A stretch of 63,990 nucleotides of DNA, filler included, from Lenisia limosa (GCA_001655205.1; 16 parts of 16 records of this genome joined end to end with filler, not necessarily neighbours in it), one strand, 5' to 3'. Positions 23,561-37,371 are shown, counted from the first letter of the whole stretch. Program-made: numbers and translations. Notes: generated by a model not told the origin, from the letters alone.

Positions 23561-24530
23561 ATGCGTGCCTTTTTCTGCTTGTTGATTTTAGTGATCTCTT
23601 ATGTCTGTGCAAATGACGCAGTTCTTAAGCTGACTACCCAAGCCTATGATGGAGCTACCACCACCGTGAGTTGGATTCAGTTTTAGATTTTCAGTTTGTG
23701 ATGAATTCATTTTCTAGATTGGTACTTCATACTCCTATTGGTCTGTTGATTCTCTTCCTTTCAACCGCAACATCTTTGTGAAGCTCGCTGCCGAATTCAA
23801 GGGAAAGGTTGACCTCAAGATTGTTCTTGGTGACGATCCCAACGGTGCTGTTACCTTTACTGATGATGAAACCCCTGGAGCCATTAACCTTGCCCCTTTC
23901 AACTACACTGAGGACATTACCCGTCTCTTCATCGGCCTCAAGACCTCTGGTGCCTCTAGCGAGACTGGTGTCACCTTTGAGGTGTTCTCTATCATTTCTT
24001 CTCTTCCTTCCGTGAACCAAAAGCACATTGACATCGAATACTGCTGCGGTGTTTCCCAGTATTTCAGTTACGTGGTCACTGAGGCCCAGGACGAGCATGA
24101 ATTCGACATTACTCTTCAAACTTCTCTTCCCAATGAGCCCAAGAACGCTCTTTACATGCGTCTCGACAAAATTCCCACCACCGAGTGCGACTCTGAGGTG
24201 AGATCTGGTGTCTTCTAAGGGTTATATTGAGGCGTAAAGACAGTTCTTGTCATATTGATTGTGCTTTACCGAATAGTTGGAGTTCCCCCGCCTTTTTTTG
24301 TCTTTACAATTTAGGATGATCTCATTGAGGATGACTGCGAATGGGACGCTCGCGATGAGGAGCACGCCAAGCTTGAGCTCCACTCCAAGTGGTCTATTCC
24401 CGGTACTTACAACATGATGTACCGCGCTGAAACCTCCGTTTCCGCCCATACTTTCTCCATTGAGATCTCCCCCGCTTCCATCATGGCCCCCGCTCTTATG
24501 GTCCTTGGACTCCTCTTCCTTGTCCTCTAA
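23561..24530 (+). CDS. Secreted, probably GPI-anchored surface protein (complete)
   Basis: N-terminal signal MRAFFCLLILVISYVCA and C-terminal hydrophobic tail SPASIMAPALMVLGLLFLVL*. There are 3-4 exons with strongly C/T-ending codon usage. Confidence 0.8.
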
Positions 24531-24718
24531 AGGTATTTAACGCTTAATATTGAATTATGGTTTGTTCTTGTAGTTCTCCCAATACAACTGAAATGACTAA
24601 TTCTTATCCGTGTGCAATTCATCCGTAATGCGTTCACCCCTAATAACTTTTCAAGTTAAATACTATGTATTGTACAACGAACAGATTGACCAGGCTGTTG
24701 AGCCGTGATAGAAGAGGT

Positions 24719-26919
24719 TTAGGGGAGGAAGCGGAGGGCAAGCTCCATGCAGAAGAAGGCGGAGGCGTTGGCAGGTAGGGACCGAAGGAGGCACGGAAGC
24801 CATCCCTTGTAGAACCCGAGGGCTCCTTCACGACGGGCAACCTGGGGGGGGGGGGGGNNNNNNNNNNNNNNNNNNNNNNNNNNNNNNNNNNNNNNNNNNN
24901 NNNNNNNNNNNNNGAAAATTGTTGACTATTTGTTAAAGTGTCATTGACTGCACTAACCGACGGAACACATTCCGATCAATTCAACTCAGAAGTCATAACT
25001 GTTTGAGAATGGCAACAGACACATCTTGAAGGTTGCTCATCAACTATGCGTCAACCACGACAGACAACCCCCCATGAACGATATTTCAGGAAGATAATCT
25101 CAGACCAACAAAAGCTTGGAAAAGACTTGCCAACCTTGGTAACGCACTCCATGACGCTCTTGTACTCCAATTCGCCGCCAACGTCTTTTTGGGCCATCAT
25201 GCGGTTTTTGATATTGTCAGCCTACAGGAGATTATCGGTGAATGGCTAGAGTCTCAGATGTAAAGTTAACCATAGCGACCGACAAAACGCTACATCTTTT
25301 GGTAAAGGGCAGAACATAAGATTATCATTTACTGACCGCCAACCCACAGGAAGGGCAATGGACCAGAAGGCGGTGGCAGCACAGCATCCGGAAAGCAGTC
25401 CAACATGAGGGCCACGGAGATACTTAAGCTTGGTGAACTCACGACGGGACAGCTCGTAGGCAGTGAAGTAGACGCAGCAGATGGAACGGAAAGCGAGGGT
25501 GGCTGGGAAGCCGCGGTACAGACCCTAGAGTCGTCAATATTGGATTCCAGAATCCTTTTAATACTCTGCAGTTTGAATTAAACCAATTCCCAGCCTCCCA
25601 ATAATGGGCTTCTGAATTAGGTTTTCCTTTTTGTATTCGATATAAAACTAATATTAAACAAAAGACGAACACATACTACATGACTTGTTCCATGTTGTAC
25701 CTATAAAACCCCGTACCAACCTGGGGCCCATCCTTCTTAATGATCTTGAAAGCGCAGTCGAGAGGGTTACGGTAGAGGCGTTCAGCGCCGGCGGAGGCAT
25801 ATTGGACTTGGAGACGAAGGGTGACCTGGGGGGGGGGGGTTAAAATTAAACTAAGGGANNNNNNNNNNNNNNNNNNNNNNNNNNNNNNNNNNNNNNNNNN
25901 NNNNNNNNNNNNNNNNNNNNNNNNNNNNNNNNNNNNTTACCATATGGTTGAATATCTTAGAAAAAGACTGCTGGTTTCCCACACAAATTTGGCTTCACTT
26001 ACCAAGAAAGCCCGAAAATCTCGACAAAATATTGGTATTTGGGAAGACAAACTATCCTATCTACAGAAATATTGTACAGACCTGTTCAACGGGGCAAATG
26101 ACGAAGGAGCACGCGACACCACCAACACCACCAGCAGCCATAAACTGAGCAATAGACAGATCACTGGTTCCTAAAGGCACATAAGAGACAGCTCAAAACT
26201 CTTTTATTATATTATGTGTTATCTCATCACAAGGTCTGCTTAGATTCCAAGTCAAAAATATTGGTATTTCACAACGGGACAGATGTAAATAGCTCAGCAG
26301 CAATTTGATTCCTCAAAAATATTCATCCCAAGCAGAATACCATAACAAAGCCACCACGCCTACCCTTCTTCTCAAGGTTCTTCTCCTGGAAGAAGCGCTT
26401 GGCACGAGAGTAAGAGCCAATCATGACAGCATCAACCTGAAGGTAAATACGTCCTAAAGAAGCTCAGAGAATTCAATTGAAAAGGGCTAATCATGTCCCT
26501 CATACGAAGCCGAGACCGACGAGAGGGCCGGAAACGCCCTTGTAGAGACCAGTGAGGCCTTCATACTTGACAGTCTGGATCACAGCATCGAAGGGGCCCT
26601 TGAAGCGGGATGAAGCTCCTTCATGCTGGAGACGGACCTTGATTGTGTCGAAGGGATGACCTGACGGGTAAAGGCTTGGTAGATTACCATCAGATTACGT
26701 AGTGGCGTATCCAAAAGGGTGAGGAAGGGAGGGAAGAGGCCCTTTCAAGAACAGAAACCAAGAAGGACATGATCCTTTCCTACCAGCAAGTGTTTTACCG
26801 ACGCCAGAAGCGATTCCGGAAAGAATTCCACGCACATTGGCGGACAGCTTGTGTTGTTTACCTTCTAGAAAGATTCAAAATTACCGAAATCCCCAAACTG
26901 AAAGCTTACCTGCGTCCAT
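24719..26919 (-). CDS. Mitochondrial carrier (SLC25; carnitine/basic amino acid carrier-like) (complete)
   Basis: Three carrier repeats with Px[DE]xx[KR] signatures: GHPFDTIKVRLQ...GLYKG, CPVEQ...RLQVQ...GLYRG, ALPADNIKNRMM...GFYKGWLPCLLRSLPANA. Confidence 0.93.
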
Positions 26920-27197
26920 TATTGATTGATTTCGTTACACTTAATAAATGATGTAACTAATATATGACACGGAAAAAGCAAAACAAAAGCAAAAACCAGC
27001 AAAAACAAATTTAAAACAAAGTTATTTTATGATTACACTGTAACTTATGTAAAGTTGCATTTTGGTGAAAAATGCCCGCAGCCCGAAGAAAGCCCTCTTT
27101 TCGCCATCTCCCCGACAATACATTCGTATATTTACATTATATTGATTTTCACTTCACAAATAGGAAGAGAAAACGAACCTCGAGGGAAACACCTATA

Positions 27198-28324
27198 ATG
27201 CTTGCAGCTACCTTCGTCGTTGTTGGCGACATAAAATCCAAGGAGTTTGCCAAGCTTGACTTACTCTGCTCGATTCTGGAGGCAAGCCTGGACCGGTTCA
27301 AGTTCACTACAAGGGAGTATTTGCCTCAGAAATGGGACAGTGATGCGGCGGCGAACGTGAAAGCCCTTCTTGATGAAGGCATGACTTTCAGGGTTGGAAG
27401 GGCTGTATATCACGTTCACAAATATTGGGATGTATTAACTCCAAATAACAAATTTTTTATATTACCATCTTTGCGTTTATGATCAGATATGCTTCTTGAC
27501 TGTCCAGGGAAGTGAGTACGAAAGGGCGTATGTCAAGGTATCTCAAGGCAACCTGCTTTTGGATTTTGCTTCGTTTTCCAATTTGGTAGGAGGGTATTTA
27601 AACTGTGATTAATCATATAAATAAAAAGAAAGGGAAAGAAAGACAACCCTAATCTTAATTACAGACCAATTAATAGGGTAAAGGACCAAGGGGTCCTCTT
27701 TGAAATTGTTTGGCATTTCAGTGGAACGTACTCGTGAGATATTGGGTCACGTATTAGTTAAATGAAGGTTAATTCCTCAGTTGATCTTTTGAATGTAATT
27801 CTTCTGTTTTTTTGAAAGGAAATAAGACACTAGTTTATATTCATTTTTTGACATAATTGGTATTATATTTGAATTGTATTTGGAAACATTTCAAATGATT
27901 CCCCTGAGTTTTTCAAATTACCAGCAGTCACACCGTAGATTCTGGAGCGATATGGGATGGATAGCAACAAAATAATGAAGGAGGTTGATGTTGCTGCCGT
28001 GTTAGAGTCAAATATCGGCAACGCTGAGAAAATAATGGCCAAGGTAGGGGAGGGGCATGTGGGTGCGTATAATCCAAAATATAGGTGATTTGTTTTCAGC
28101 CCTGTATTTGATGTTATCCGCAAAAGCAACCGTACATTTCCCAAATGCTAGCCAAGAGAGTTCATTTTCTATTTTACCCCCCCCCCCCGCAGGATCGGNN
28201 NNNNNNNNNNNNNNNNNNNNNNNNNNNNNNNNNNNNNNNNNNNNNNNNNNNNNNNNNNNNNGCAACAGAAGTCTGAACGAAGAACTTTGGAAGAGGTCGG
28301 GATGGGGCTGGTGGAGGTGGTAGC
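27198..28324 (+). CDS. Hypothetical protein with an N-terminus resembling MDH1B
   Basis: MLAATFVVVGDIKSKEFAKLDLLCSILEASLDRFKFTTREYLPQKWD resembles by eye the MDH1B N-terminal thioredoxin-like segment. Further exons include ILERYGMDSNKIMKEVDVAAVLESNIGNAEKIMAK. No MDH catalytic domain seen. Confidence 0.45.
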
Positions 28325-29491
28325 GAACTAAGTAAATTATTAATTACATTAGTGTCATGAAACTCTGTACATAGCGGTCAGTCCTTTGTGATAGGAAAGA
28401 AATGCCGGACCTTGTTATGAGGGCGTTAAAATTATTATCTTAACCAATATTTCTTGTGTTGATGTAGCTATTATATCTACTGAATTATACATATTCAATG
28501 GAGTGGACGACTTTAGAAGCGATTTGTTTAATGCTATATAGAAACAGTTGACGGAGGGGGGGGGGGTAGAATTTGGTACTTGNNNNNNNNNNNNNNNNNN
28601 NNNNNNNTTATTTTTCATTTCCATTTCATGTCACAAATGTAGAGTCGATCGCACACCCCAGCCAGTCTAGGTTAGTTGGTATGGCTAACAAGAAGCAAAA
28701 TGAGAATAGTTGTGATTGAGTTTGTTTTTTAATTGAAAGAAAATTTTCAGGGATACAACGGAATACAGTAATGACTCGTTTTATGAAATCGTTCTCTTTT
28801 TGGAGAATCTCTGCTCCTCCTTGTATCAAACTTTTCGCAGACCTTTCTTGACATCATGTTCAAAACATCATCGTTAACTTACTACAAGTCAATCCGACTG
28901 ACGTGATTTAGGCCTGATCGAGGAAGGAGGAGAGGAGTAAACTGCTGGGTTTCTTGTGTATGGCTGTATGTTCTGAGTTTTGTATATTATTTGTATCAAC
29001 AATGAGGGTTTGGTTGATTTTTAGATTTTGTCGAACTCTTGGCCATTTTTAAGAGGCTTTTCTTTTCTTTTCTTGAATATTTTGAGGCAATAATCTGACT
29101 GCGAACAATTAAACCAATTCTGAATTAAGGGCTTCAGTTCTCACTCACTCCTCATACAATTAACAAATCCATCACAACACCTTCCTAACAAACCCGCCCT
29201 CTTGGGACGTGAAAAGACCTTGACTCCGGTACGAAAAAGACCGAATTTCTCTATAAATCCTCGAAAACTACCGATATCTTACTGGACTTGTTCGAACCAA
29301 AGAGAAGGGCTTGACTCGGTAAAAAGATCGGAAACAAGTATCTCGAGAAATTCAGTCATTTTTTTTACCAAAGAGTATTTTTGGTCATATGATCTTGTTG
29401 TCTATGGGTTAGCATTCCCCCACTCATCCGAGTCAGTCAGTAACAGGAATAAATGAATAAATGGTATCAAAAAAATGGCGAGGACTACACC

Positions 29492-29760
29492 CTAAGAAAT
29501 GACACGAGAACCGGCGGTCTCGCGGAGGCGGAGCAGCTTATTGATTAGGGCGCGACAGAAGAACTGCTTCCGTGACAAGTCGCGGACATCCTGAAGTGTC
29601 AACTCTAACACGGGACGAATGGGTTAAAATCTATGTCCTTAACCCCCCCAGGGCTTGTTGTCTTAAACTTCCTCTTTGGTTACTTCAATCACTTTCGTTG
29701 GGCAGTTTCTCCCATTTGCCGTCATACCTTGAGGAAGTCCTCCAGTTGGACCTTCTCCTG
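29492..29760 (-). CDS. Last two exons of an unknown gene
   Basis: QEKVQLEDFLK|gtatga...ag|ELTLQDVRDLSRKQFFCRALINKLLRLRETAGSRVIS*. Confidence 0.55.
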
Positions 29761-29867
29761 NNNNNNNNNNNNNNNNNNNNNNNNNNNNNNNNNNNNNNNN
29801 NNNNTTAATTAATTAANNNNNNNNNNNNNNNNNNNNNNNNNNNNNNNNNNNNNNNNNNNNCAGAACG

Positions 29868-31692
29868 ATGGCAACCCCGCAGTTTACTTTGTACTATTGG
29901 CCCATTGTTGCCCGTGGTGAATTTATTAGGTCAATGTTTAAGGTAGGGTGGCTGAGACATGTCCATCCCGAGTATGACGAATGAAAGAGGGCTTGTCTGG
30001 AAATAGGTTTTTAAAACGTCTGTATTTGCAAATTGACATTTTATTTGAACATTTTATTTATAAAAATACCACTTCTATCACGTTTTATTGTTTTTAACTG
30101 CAGACGCTTAATAAACTATCACCCCATCCGAATTTAGGACATAGGGGAAAATAGAACTTGAAAAGGAAGTGGTCTTGTGTGGGGTTTTTTTTTACTATTA
30201 GGATATTTTTTTTACCAGGTTTTATTCGATATTGCAGATTGCAGTATAATAGTGTTCCACTTACTTTCGCTTTCATTTTGACGATTCAGGCCTTGAATGT
30301 CCCCTTTCGTGACATTGCTTTCGAGGCCATTGAAGACAAGGAGGATGGTAGGATGGTTACCAGGACAATAGCAGCACTATATATGGGACTGGGAAAAGAG
30401 AATGACTATTTTTAGCTTTCTCCAGACCCACTCAGGATAAGTGGGGCTCCATCCCCACTGACAAGATGATGGAGCTCCGCGCCGCCGGAATCTGCCACCA
30501 ACTCCCCATTCTGATCCACCACAAGCCGGAAGGTGATGTTCAGATGTACCAGGCCCCGGTGATAATCAGGTATTACGCAATGAATTCACTCAGCCATTTC
30601 TATCATTTCGTCTTAGCACCCCGAGGTCTCCGATTTATCATTCCACAGATACCTCGCTGATACTCTCTGCGAAGGAATCCTTGCCCCCGAGAAGAATGAT
30701 GTTCTTGAGGCTGAAATGGTTGGAGGATGGGTGTAAAGGGCTGAAAGCATCTGAATTTCACAAGGAATCTTCAAAAATCAACTTTATTCTAGCTTTCACA
30801 TTTCAGATTATGGGAAGTATCTACGACCTGGTCAACCAAACGCGTATCTATTCCTTTGACCCCCTGAAGGCAGTAATTGAGGTTTGCGAGGTATGAGAAC
30901 TTGCTCCGATTCAGCAAGGCTCAGTTTGTTGGTTATTGATCCCGATATTCCTGCTTTTTGTCAGTCCCCAAGAAGTTTTACTGCGTGTGCCAATATCACT
31001 GTTGCAGCCCCAAAAGGAATGGCAAGCTGAGGGCCGCAAATTCTTTGTCAGCAATGTCCTTCCAAAGTACATGTCATTTGTAGAGTCCTGGATGGCTCGA
31101 ATTAACTCTGGGTTGGTGGTGGCGGGAAAGTTGGCAGCTTCATTGTTACTCCAAGTCACGTTTGGATTTAATAAAGAAAGCATTTCGTGAAGGAGTTCCC
31201 TTTGATGTTCTTATTTCCATTTCTGCAGATTCTGTGTTGGAAAGAAGGCCACTTATGTTGATGTTGTACTTCGTGTCTACATGCAGGTATGTGGTGTTGA
31301 TTTATGAGTTGTCTCACAGTTCAGAACCTGAAAGATACTGTTCCAGAGTTCACTTTTGAGAGTTTGAAGGTTTATAGTCTCGCATACATAGCATTAGATG
31401 GGAATTGGTGTAAAAAAACTGTTCCACAAAACACATCAAGCTATGTCTCAGTATTATGCTCTTGTAACCTGAACAATTCCAGTTATGTTGGTTTTTGTTA
31501 TTGCTTGCTGAGACTCTCCTGAGCATGGGAGTGGATAAGATAAGACTACTCATGCTACTGATGCTATTGACTATTGCAGACATGCCCACTATCATGAAGC
31601 ATCACCAAGTCATGGAAACAAGTCTCCCTGCTCTGACCAACTACGTGGCTTCCCGCCCCTTCAAGTTCTCAACCCAAATGCCATATTACTAA
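29868..31692 (+). CDS. Glutathione S-transferase (complete)
   Basis: MATPQFTLYYWPIVARGEFIRSMF (GST-N LYYW...RGE.IR), HQLPIL...QMYQAPVIIRYLA and C-terminal FCVGKKATYVD. About 9 exons. Confidence 0.85.
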
Positions 31693-31989
31693 TTGTGCAG
31701 TTCCAGCTCAACAAAAGGGGGGAAGTAATGTCACAAATAATATACATCACACTAAGACCTGAGAAAAAACACACATATACTGATCCACTCGATTCTTCAT
31801 ACCCTAAGAGGTGACAAGGAACAAAAGGGATAACGCTGTTGCAACAATCCGTTGAAACAAAGAAGAGAAATGAATTTATGAAGGGAGAGGTGCAACCGAT
31901 TAATCCAAATTTTATGTCAGATTCTCTCAGATTCTCAATATCAGATTCTCAATAGGAAATTGACACCACTTTCCCACCTAAAATTTTAA

Positions 31990-34900
31990 ATTATTCCTTG
32001 TTGACATCGCTCGAAGATGTAAATGATGATGAAGCCAAAATAGCGCCACCTTCCAGTGATCCTAATAATGATGATAAAAAGTTTATGCAACTCAAAAAAA
32101 TAACATTGTTCAAAACAGTTCCAGATCTTTAGGCCCTTTGGGCAATTAAGCTGAACCAGTCAAACCTGGAGGGGCGATGTTTTCACTTGACGCTCTTGGT
32201 GCACTAAACCAGTCATTCATTTATCAGAAGAAACCCCTTCAATATCTAATTTCAATAACAATATCGAAGTTCTACTGGAGTGAACGGTGGCAAACACCCC
32301 CCATACTCGGCACTGATATCTGCGAACTCAATTTTGCGTGCCACGTCATCATCCTCAATACTTGGGACCTGTGGTTCAATGGGTCGGAGCTGGGGGGATG
32401 GGGTAAAAATGGGAAATTAATGGAACAAAAAACAACCGCAGAATTATCTCTGTTGGCAAGAATTTGGGAAACCGAAGGGTTAAAAATAACGAAACAAAGC
32501 CATAGGCAGTCGTATCTGCAGCATCGCATCCCTACCACCAGCGTAAAAATGATATGAAGCAATAATAAAAAACTCGAATCAACTCTGCTGGCTGAACATT
32601 GGGGGTGGTTAACAATAGATGTTGTTTCTAGAGATGATAAATACAACAACGGTGTATCTGACCGAAGACATCCAAACCATCACGAATACCTTCAGTTCAA
32701 TTATTAAGGCAATGGGAAGGTAACATTATATGATCGACCAGATTCACACATTCACTATTCCACAGATTGGGACAACTAGTATGTATAGTATATCATATTC
32801 TTTCTGTACTGTACACGTTTCTCAACATTGCCTCACAACATACCTGTCGCGGGGATGAAACGGAGCCAGATGTGTGCGGTCGTGGCGATCCTAAACCTGT
32901 CACCCAAGCACTAAGTACTCATTTCATTTTTAACAACACTAAATTTCATGAAAAATCGGGAGGTGTCAGAATATAACTGTCCCCAGACCAAATTAAAGCC
33001 CTCTCACATTAAGCATACAAAGGTCTTATTATTTGATAGGGTGAAGTGATTATGACTCTAATATCACACATAGAAAGACCAAACACCCTCCCCCCGGGTA
33101 CCCGGGGTAGTTGGACGAGACCTGGGGGTAGTTGTGCCCGGGAGTGGGACTCTTCTTGGACTCACCACCACAGTTGTCGACCTAATTGGTTAAAGGCTCC
33201 CCCATGTGCCAAGCAAGTGGAAATATCGAAATGTCGAGGTTTAGGCCTACGGTAAGTTATCCAATGCTTCTTTCTCCAGTTTTTCCGCATCTTCTCTCGC
33301 CTACACTGGTCAACAGACAAAACCAAAGTATCAAGCTTGTTAAGGATTTATGGAGAATTAGTTCCTTGATACCCCTCCCTCACCTGCTGTTCCTGGGCCC
33401 TTCGTCGCTCCTCGCGTATTCGCTCCACGCGCTTCTTCTTCTCCTCAAGTTCTTTTCTCTCCTGAGGTTGTGATTGGTTTTCCGCCTCAATAGAAGCAAT
33501 AAGGGATACAATAATAATCATTCAATTGCACTGCGTTGCATGCCCCGATGTATATGTAACTATTGTTGTTTTCCTGTGTTAACTTTTTTAAGATAAGGAG
33601 ATAACACAAGAATATATGAATGTGTGACATTGTGATACATTATGCAGACACGATCAATATCGACATTGTGATATATTAGGCATACACGATCAATATCGAC
33701 ATTATAAAATAGGGTTCATACATATGATATCATATGATATGATATGATATCATATGATATGATATGATATCATCTGCATGAGATAAGCCTACTTTTTCCT
33801 TTTGGGCAGCAACATCAGTCTGTATCCGCGTTTCCAAAGATTTAAACTGCTTTTTTACTTCCGTCACTAGCCAGTCCAGGCCTGGAGGGGGTGAATGAAC
33901 CCCATATTTTTTAGAAACGCAGCAGTCAAGAAACAAGGGCGTCCTCGGGTACACTCGGCAAATAAAAATTATAGCTTATTTTTTCACACATTTCACTAAA
34001 CTTAGCTGCCAAGTCCATCCTTAATGAAATATTGGGACCAAATTTACGATTAATAATTATAGCTATATTTACATAAAAACTGAAAGCCTACAGGCGCCCT
34101 AATAACATATTGTATGCAATAAAAATACTATATAGAACCTACCGGATTTGATCGAGGGGTCGATGGTCCCGTCTGGTGGCGTGAGTGCCGTGCATGAACG
34201 CTCATTCCACGTGGCCTACTGCGTTAGAGACCCCTGTACACTGAATTAATTTGATACTAAAACTCAAAATACCATTTGTTAAGGATAAATAGCATTTTAT
34301 AAACACTGGGGTAGGAGAAAAAACAAACTGCACAACGCCCCCCCCCCCCCCCCCNNNNNNNNNNNNNNNNNNNNNNNNNNNNNNNNNNNNNNNNNNNNNN
34401 NNNNNNNNNNNNNNNNNNNNNNNNNNNNNNNNNNNNNNNNNNNNNNNNNNNNCATCGTGTCCACCTCAGACCTTCATTTCATGCAGTCTGAGTTGACTAG
34501 TCAGATTCTCGCCCTTCACCGCTCCTGGTACGTCCTGTTTGTTGGCCAATCTGGGGAGGGGGGGGGGTGAGCCCAAAGGTCAAAGGAAAACGGCGTAAAG
34601 CCGTAAAGCTCCTGACAAGGCAAAAACACAAACATATAGGCCTCAATAATTAGTCTGATATATTATTGACTGAAGTTCTCTCTGGCGCATACAGAACCAT
34701 AGGGTTCCGTTAATTAATGCCACAAATAACATTATGAGGCTCTTATGGCTCTCCGGATATAAGTAGATACGAGTAGATTTGTAGAGTTCTGTGTAAAGAG
34801 AATCGAAAGCAAGGGAAACCCCCCTCAAACATCAAAAATGGCTTTCCTTTCAGCCTAGGGTCCTCCATGACTTCACGGAGAACGGCTTCGATCTCTGTTA

Positions 34901-35337
34901 AGTCCGAAACATCGCTGCTATCGATGACATAGATCACTCCATGAGACTGAGAATGTCAAAACAGCAAGATGCCACTGGGTCTGCGGCTCCAAAATAACCC
35001 ATTTCAAATCGTAAAATAAGCATTGGCGAACCTCAGCGTAGTAGTTTTGCCAAATGCCCCTGATATTCACACCGCCACCGAGGTCAAAGACGTTAATCTT
35101 GTCTTTTGAGTGCGGAATATCCTCTGAACTGAATCCCCATGTTGGAGTCACGAAGGCTGGGATCTCTATAGGGCGTTAGTGAAAATGTCGAAATAAATGA
35201 AACGCCATCCTACCATTCTTAAGCGCGTGAATGACAGAGGTTTTACCTGCATTATCTATGCCTAAGACACAAAACGTCAAACGTTTCTCGCTTTTTTCCC
35301 TCGCCCATTTATAAAAATTGTGACAGAGCGTGAACAT
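31990..35337 (-). CDS. ARL13B: Ciliary Arf-like GTPase ARL13B
   Basis: MFTLCHNFYKW...VLGIDNAGKT, PTWGF, DLGGGVNIRGIWQNYYAE, VIDSSD, GKPFL-LANKQD, then GLDWLVTEVKKQFKSLETRIQ and the coiled coil KKRVERIREERRR, with a Pro-rich tail. The 3' end position is approximate. Confidence 0.9.
33720..33775. repeat. (ATATG/ATGAT)n microsatellite
   Basis: catatgatatcatatgatatgatatgatat... Similar tracts at about 5445-5490 and 17826-17850. Confidence 0.85.
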
Positions 35338-35654
35338 AATGTAGCTGTCTTTCTTTCTACCGAAGCCAGTTTCAAGCACTTCCACTTCCAGCTTCTAATA
35401 TTCAAGTTGATTATTTTGAAAACCGGATAAATTTGTCTACCCATGGAAAGTGTATTAATATTGTTCTGGAAAATTTTTCTATCCACTTGTGCTGGTAAAT
35501 GGTAAATGTGTTTCTTTGATCACATCGAGTAGTATTTAGATTGTATAATTATTTGACCAGTAGGTAGTTGTCTTTTAGAAACTTGAGTCTAAAAATTGTC
35601 GGATGGAAAATGCTTTGTCATTAATTAGGACTATATCACTGTTAATTAACTAAG

Positions 35655-37371
35655 ATGTCATCAAAATCGTGCCTAGCATGTCGTAAGGCCAAAGTAAAGT
35701 GCAGGTAAGAGAAGGTTTGCTCGTTTTCCTGACCCTTGCAGCGGACCACCGTTTTGTATTCGTTGTGAAAACAAGGCTATAGGTAAGGGCGTAGAATATT
35801 TGGGATTTGGTGTAATTGTTTTAGAATGTGAATTTGTCGACCGTCGCAAGCCTGGGCCTAAACCACAAGGGAATATAATGTCTAAAGTGCACGTTTATGA
35901 CGTGGAAGAGGAAGCGAACATCCTGGCCCAGATCGACTCTGTTACCGTTGTCAAAGACCCGGTTCTCAAGCGCCTACGTACTCCTCCTGAGATTATTGAA
36001 GAAGATGATGACGAATACGACCCCCGGGCAGACGTTTCAGAGGCTCCCGCGCGCCGCAGGAGGCCTCAAAAGCGGAGTATTGGCCAGCCCAGCGTAACAG
36101 CAAGGTGGTTGGGCGTACATCCCATAAAGAGCGTTTCTTTGACTTGAATGTTGACGTGGAGTAAGAGGTGGCTTCTGTGGTAATGTAAAGCAGGTGAGCA
36201 TATTGACCAGTTATTTTCCTGTTTTCGGAAAATCGAAGACTGTTTCGCTTCTCTTTGATTGCTCCTAGATTTGGATTTTTTTTTTTCATATTCGGAGAAG
36301 ATAGTGATAAAAATAACTCTTTTTTGCTATTTGCTTTTATCAGCTGATGATACGCCTTCGGATTCGAATAGCGGCGTATTAGATGCGATATGACTGTGTT
36401 TTGAATGAAGAGGTAACTATTTTGCAATATCAAAGACACAGTTACCCAAAAATAACCTTTGTGAGGGTAATACATCAGTGTGATTTTGGGGAATTATTAT
36501 TTCTCTTCTTTTCCTTCCTTCCTTCCTTCCTTCCTTCTTCTTCCTTTTCATTTTCTTTTTTCATTCAAACCCTCTTTATCCTGAGATGGGTGAATTGAGT
36601 CTCACGATCTCAGACATCGCCTCCGACCCGCCCCCATCCAGACGCCACCGGTACAGCTGTCCGCTAGCCCCTTGTCCATGACCCCCCCATGTTGGTTGTG
36701 GTGTCAAATGGGCAATAAGAGAACTGGGTCTGTCTCTTTGGAATTTTGCATTGTCTTCTTTCACCGTGACCCAGCTTTTGTGAATTCGCCCACTTCGCAA
36801 TATGGAAACTTTGGCGCTATATCCCCAATGGCACACACCACCACAATGCAAATGTTCCCGGTAGGACTTGTGTCAGTTACTACTACTTAATAGGCTGTCC
36901 TAAGGGATGTTATTTATCAAATAGTCTTTTCATCGTTGTTCATCCTTGACCCCATCCAGATGGGATCATCACCGCCATCAAGCAATCCGTCGCTGCTTGT
37001 TCCAGGTTCCACACACAACCCCTCGCTGCTGCCGCTTTACGGTGGCCTGCAGGGCTCTCCTCTCACTGACCGGGGTTGGGGGAGGTCCTTTCAACAGAGT
37101 TTTCTGCGCATATTGTGACATTTCAGCGTTCGACGAACAGAGTTACTCCCCCGTCCCGTCCTACCTTACCAATCCAAACATGCTCTACTCCCACACTCAG
37201 GTATGTGCCGTTTTTTGTTATCCTCAAATGATTTAATTACTTTGGAAGGAAATATTAAAGAACCCATCCCACATTTTGAAGCTTATCACCCAGGATCCAA
37301 TGGCCCAATTTGGTGTTCCAATTTCCTCTCCTCGAAATGAAATGTCTGCAGAGCCTTCTCCGAGCCCGCAG
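35655..37371 (+). CDS. Zn(II)2Cys6 (GAL4-type) binuclear cluster transcription factor
   Basis: Three short exons splice to MSSKSCLACRKAKVKCSGPPFCIRCENKAIECEFVDRRKPGPKP (C-x2-C-x6-C-x5-C-x2-C-x6-C plus a basic linker). Downstream Ser/Pro-rich exons follow and the 3' end is undefined; it may continue into 37916-41243. Confidence 0.85.

Noticed and set aside
23727-24119. 130-aa minus-strand ORF
   Set aside because: It is the antisense shadow of the codon-biased GPI-protein exon.
22480-26700. First impression of an endogenous CRESS-DNA virus (Arg-rich minus-strand peptides)
   Set aside because: The segments resolve into spliced ALDH and SLC25 exons. No Rep motifs were found.
33100-33180. RVxP ciliary targeting motif in the ARL13B tail
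   Set aside because: The sequence reads RRVPLP, which does not fit RVxP spacing, and the exon frame is uncertain.
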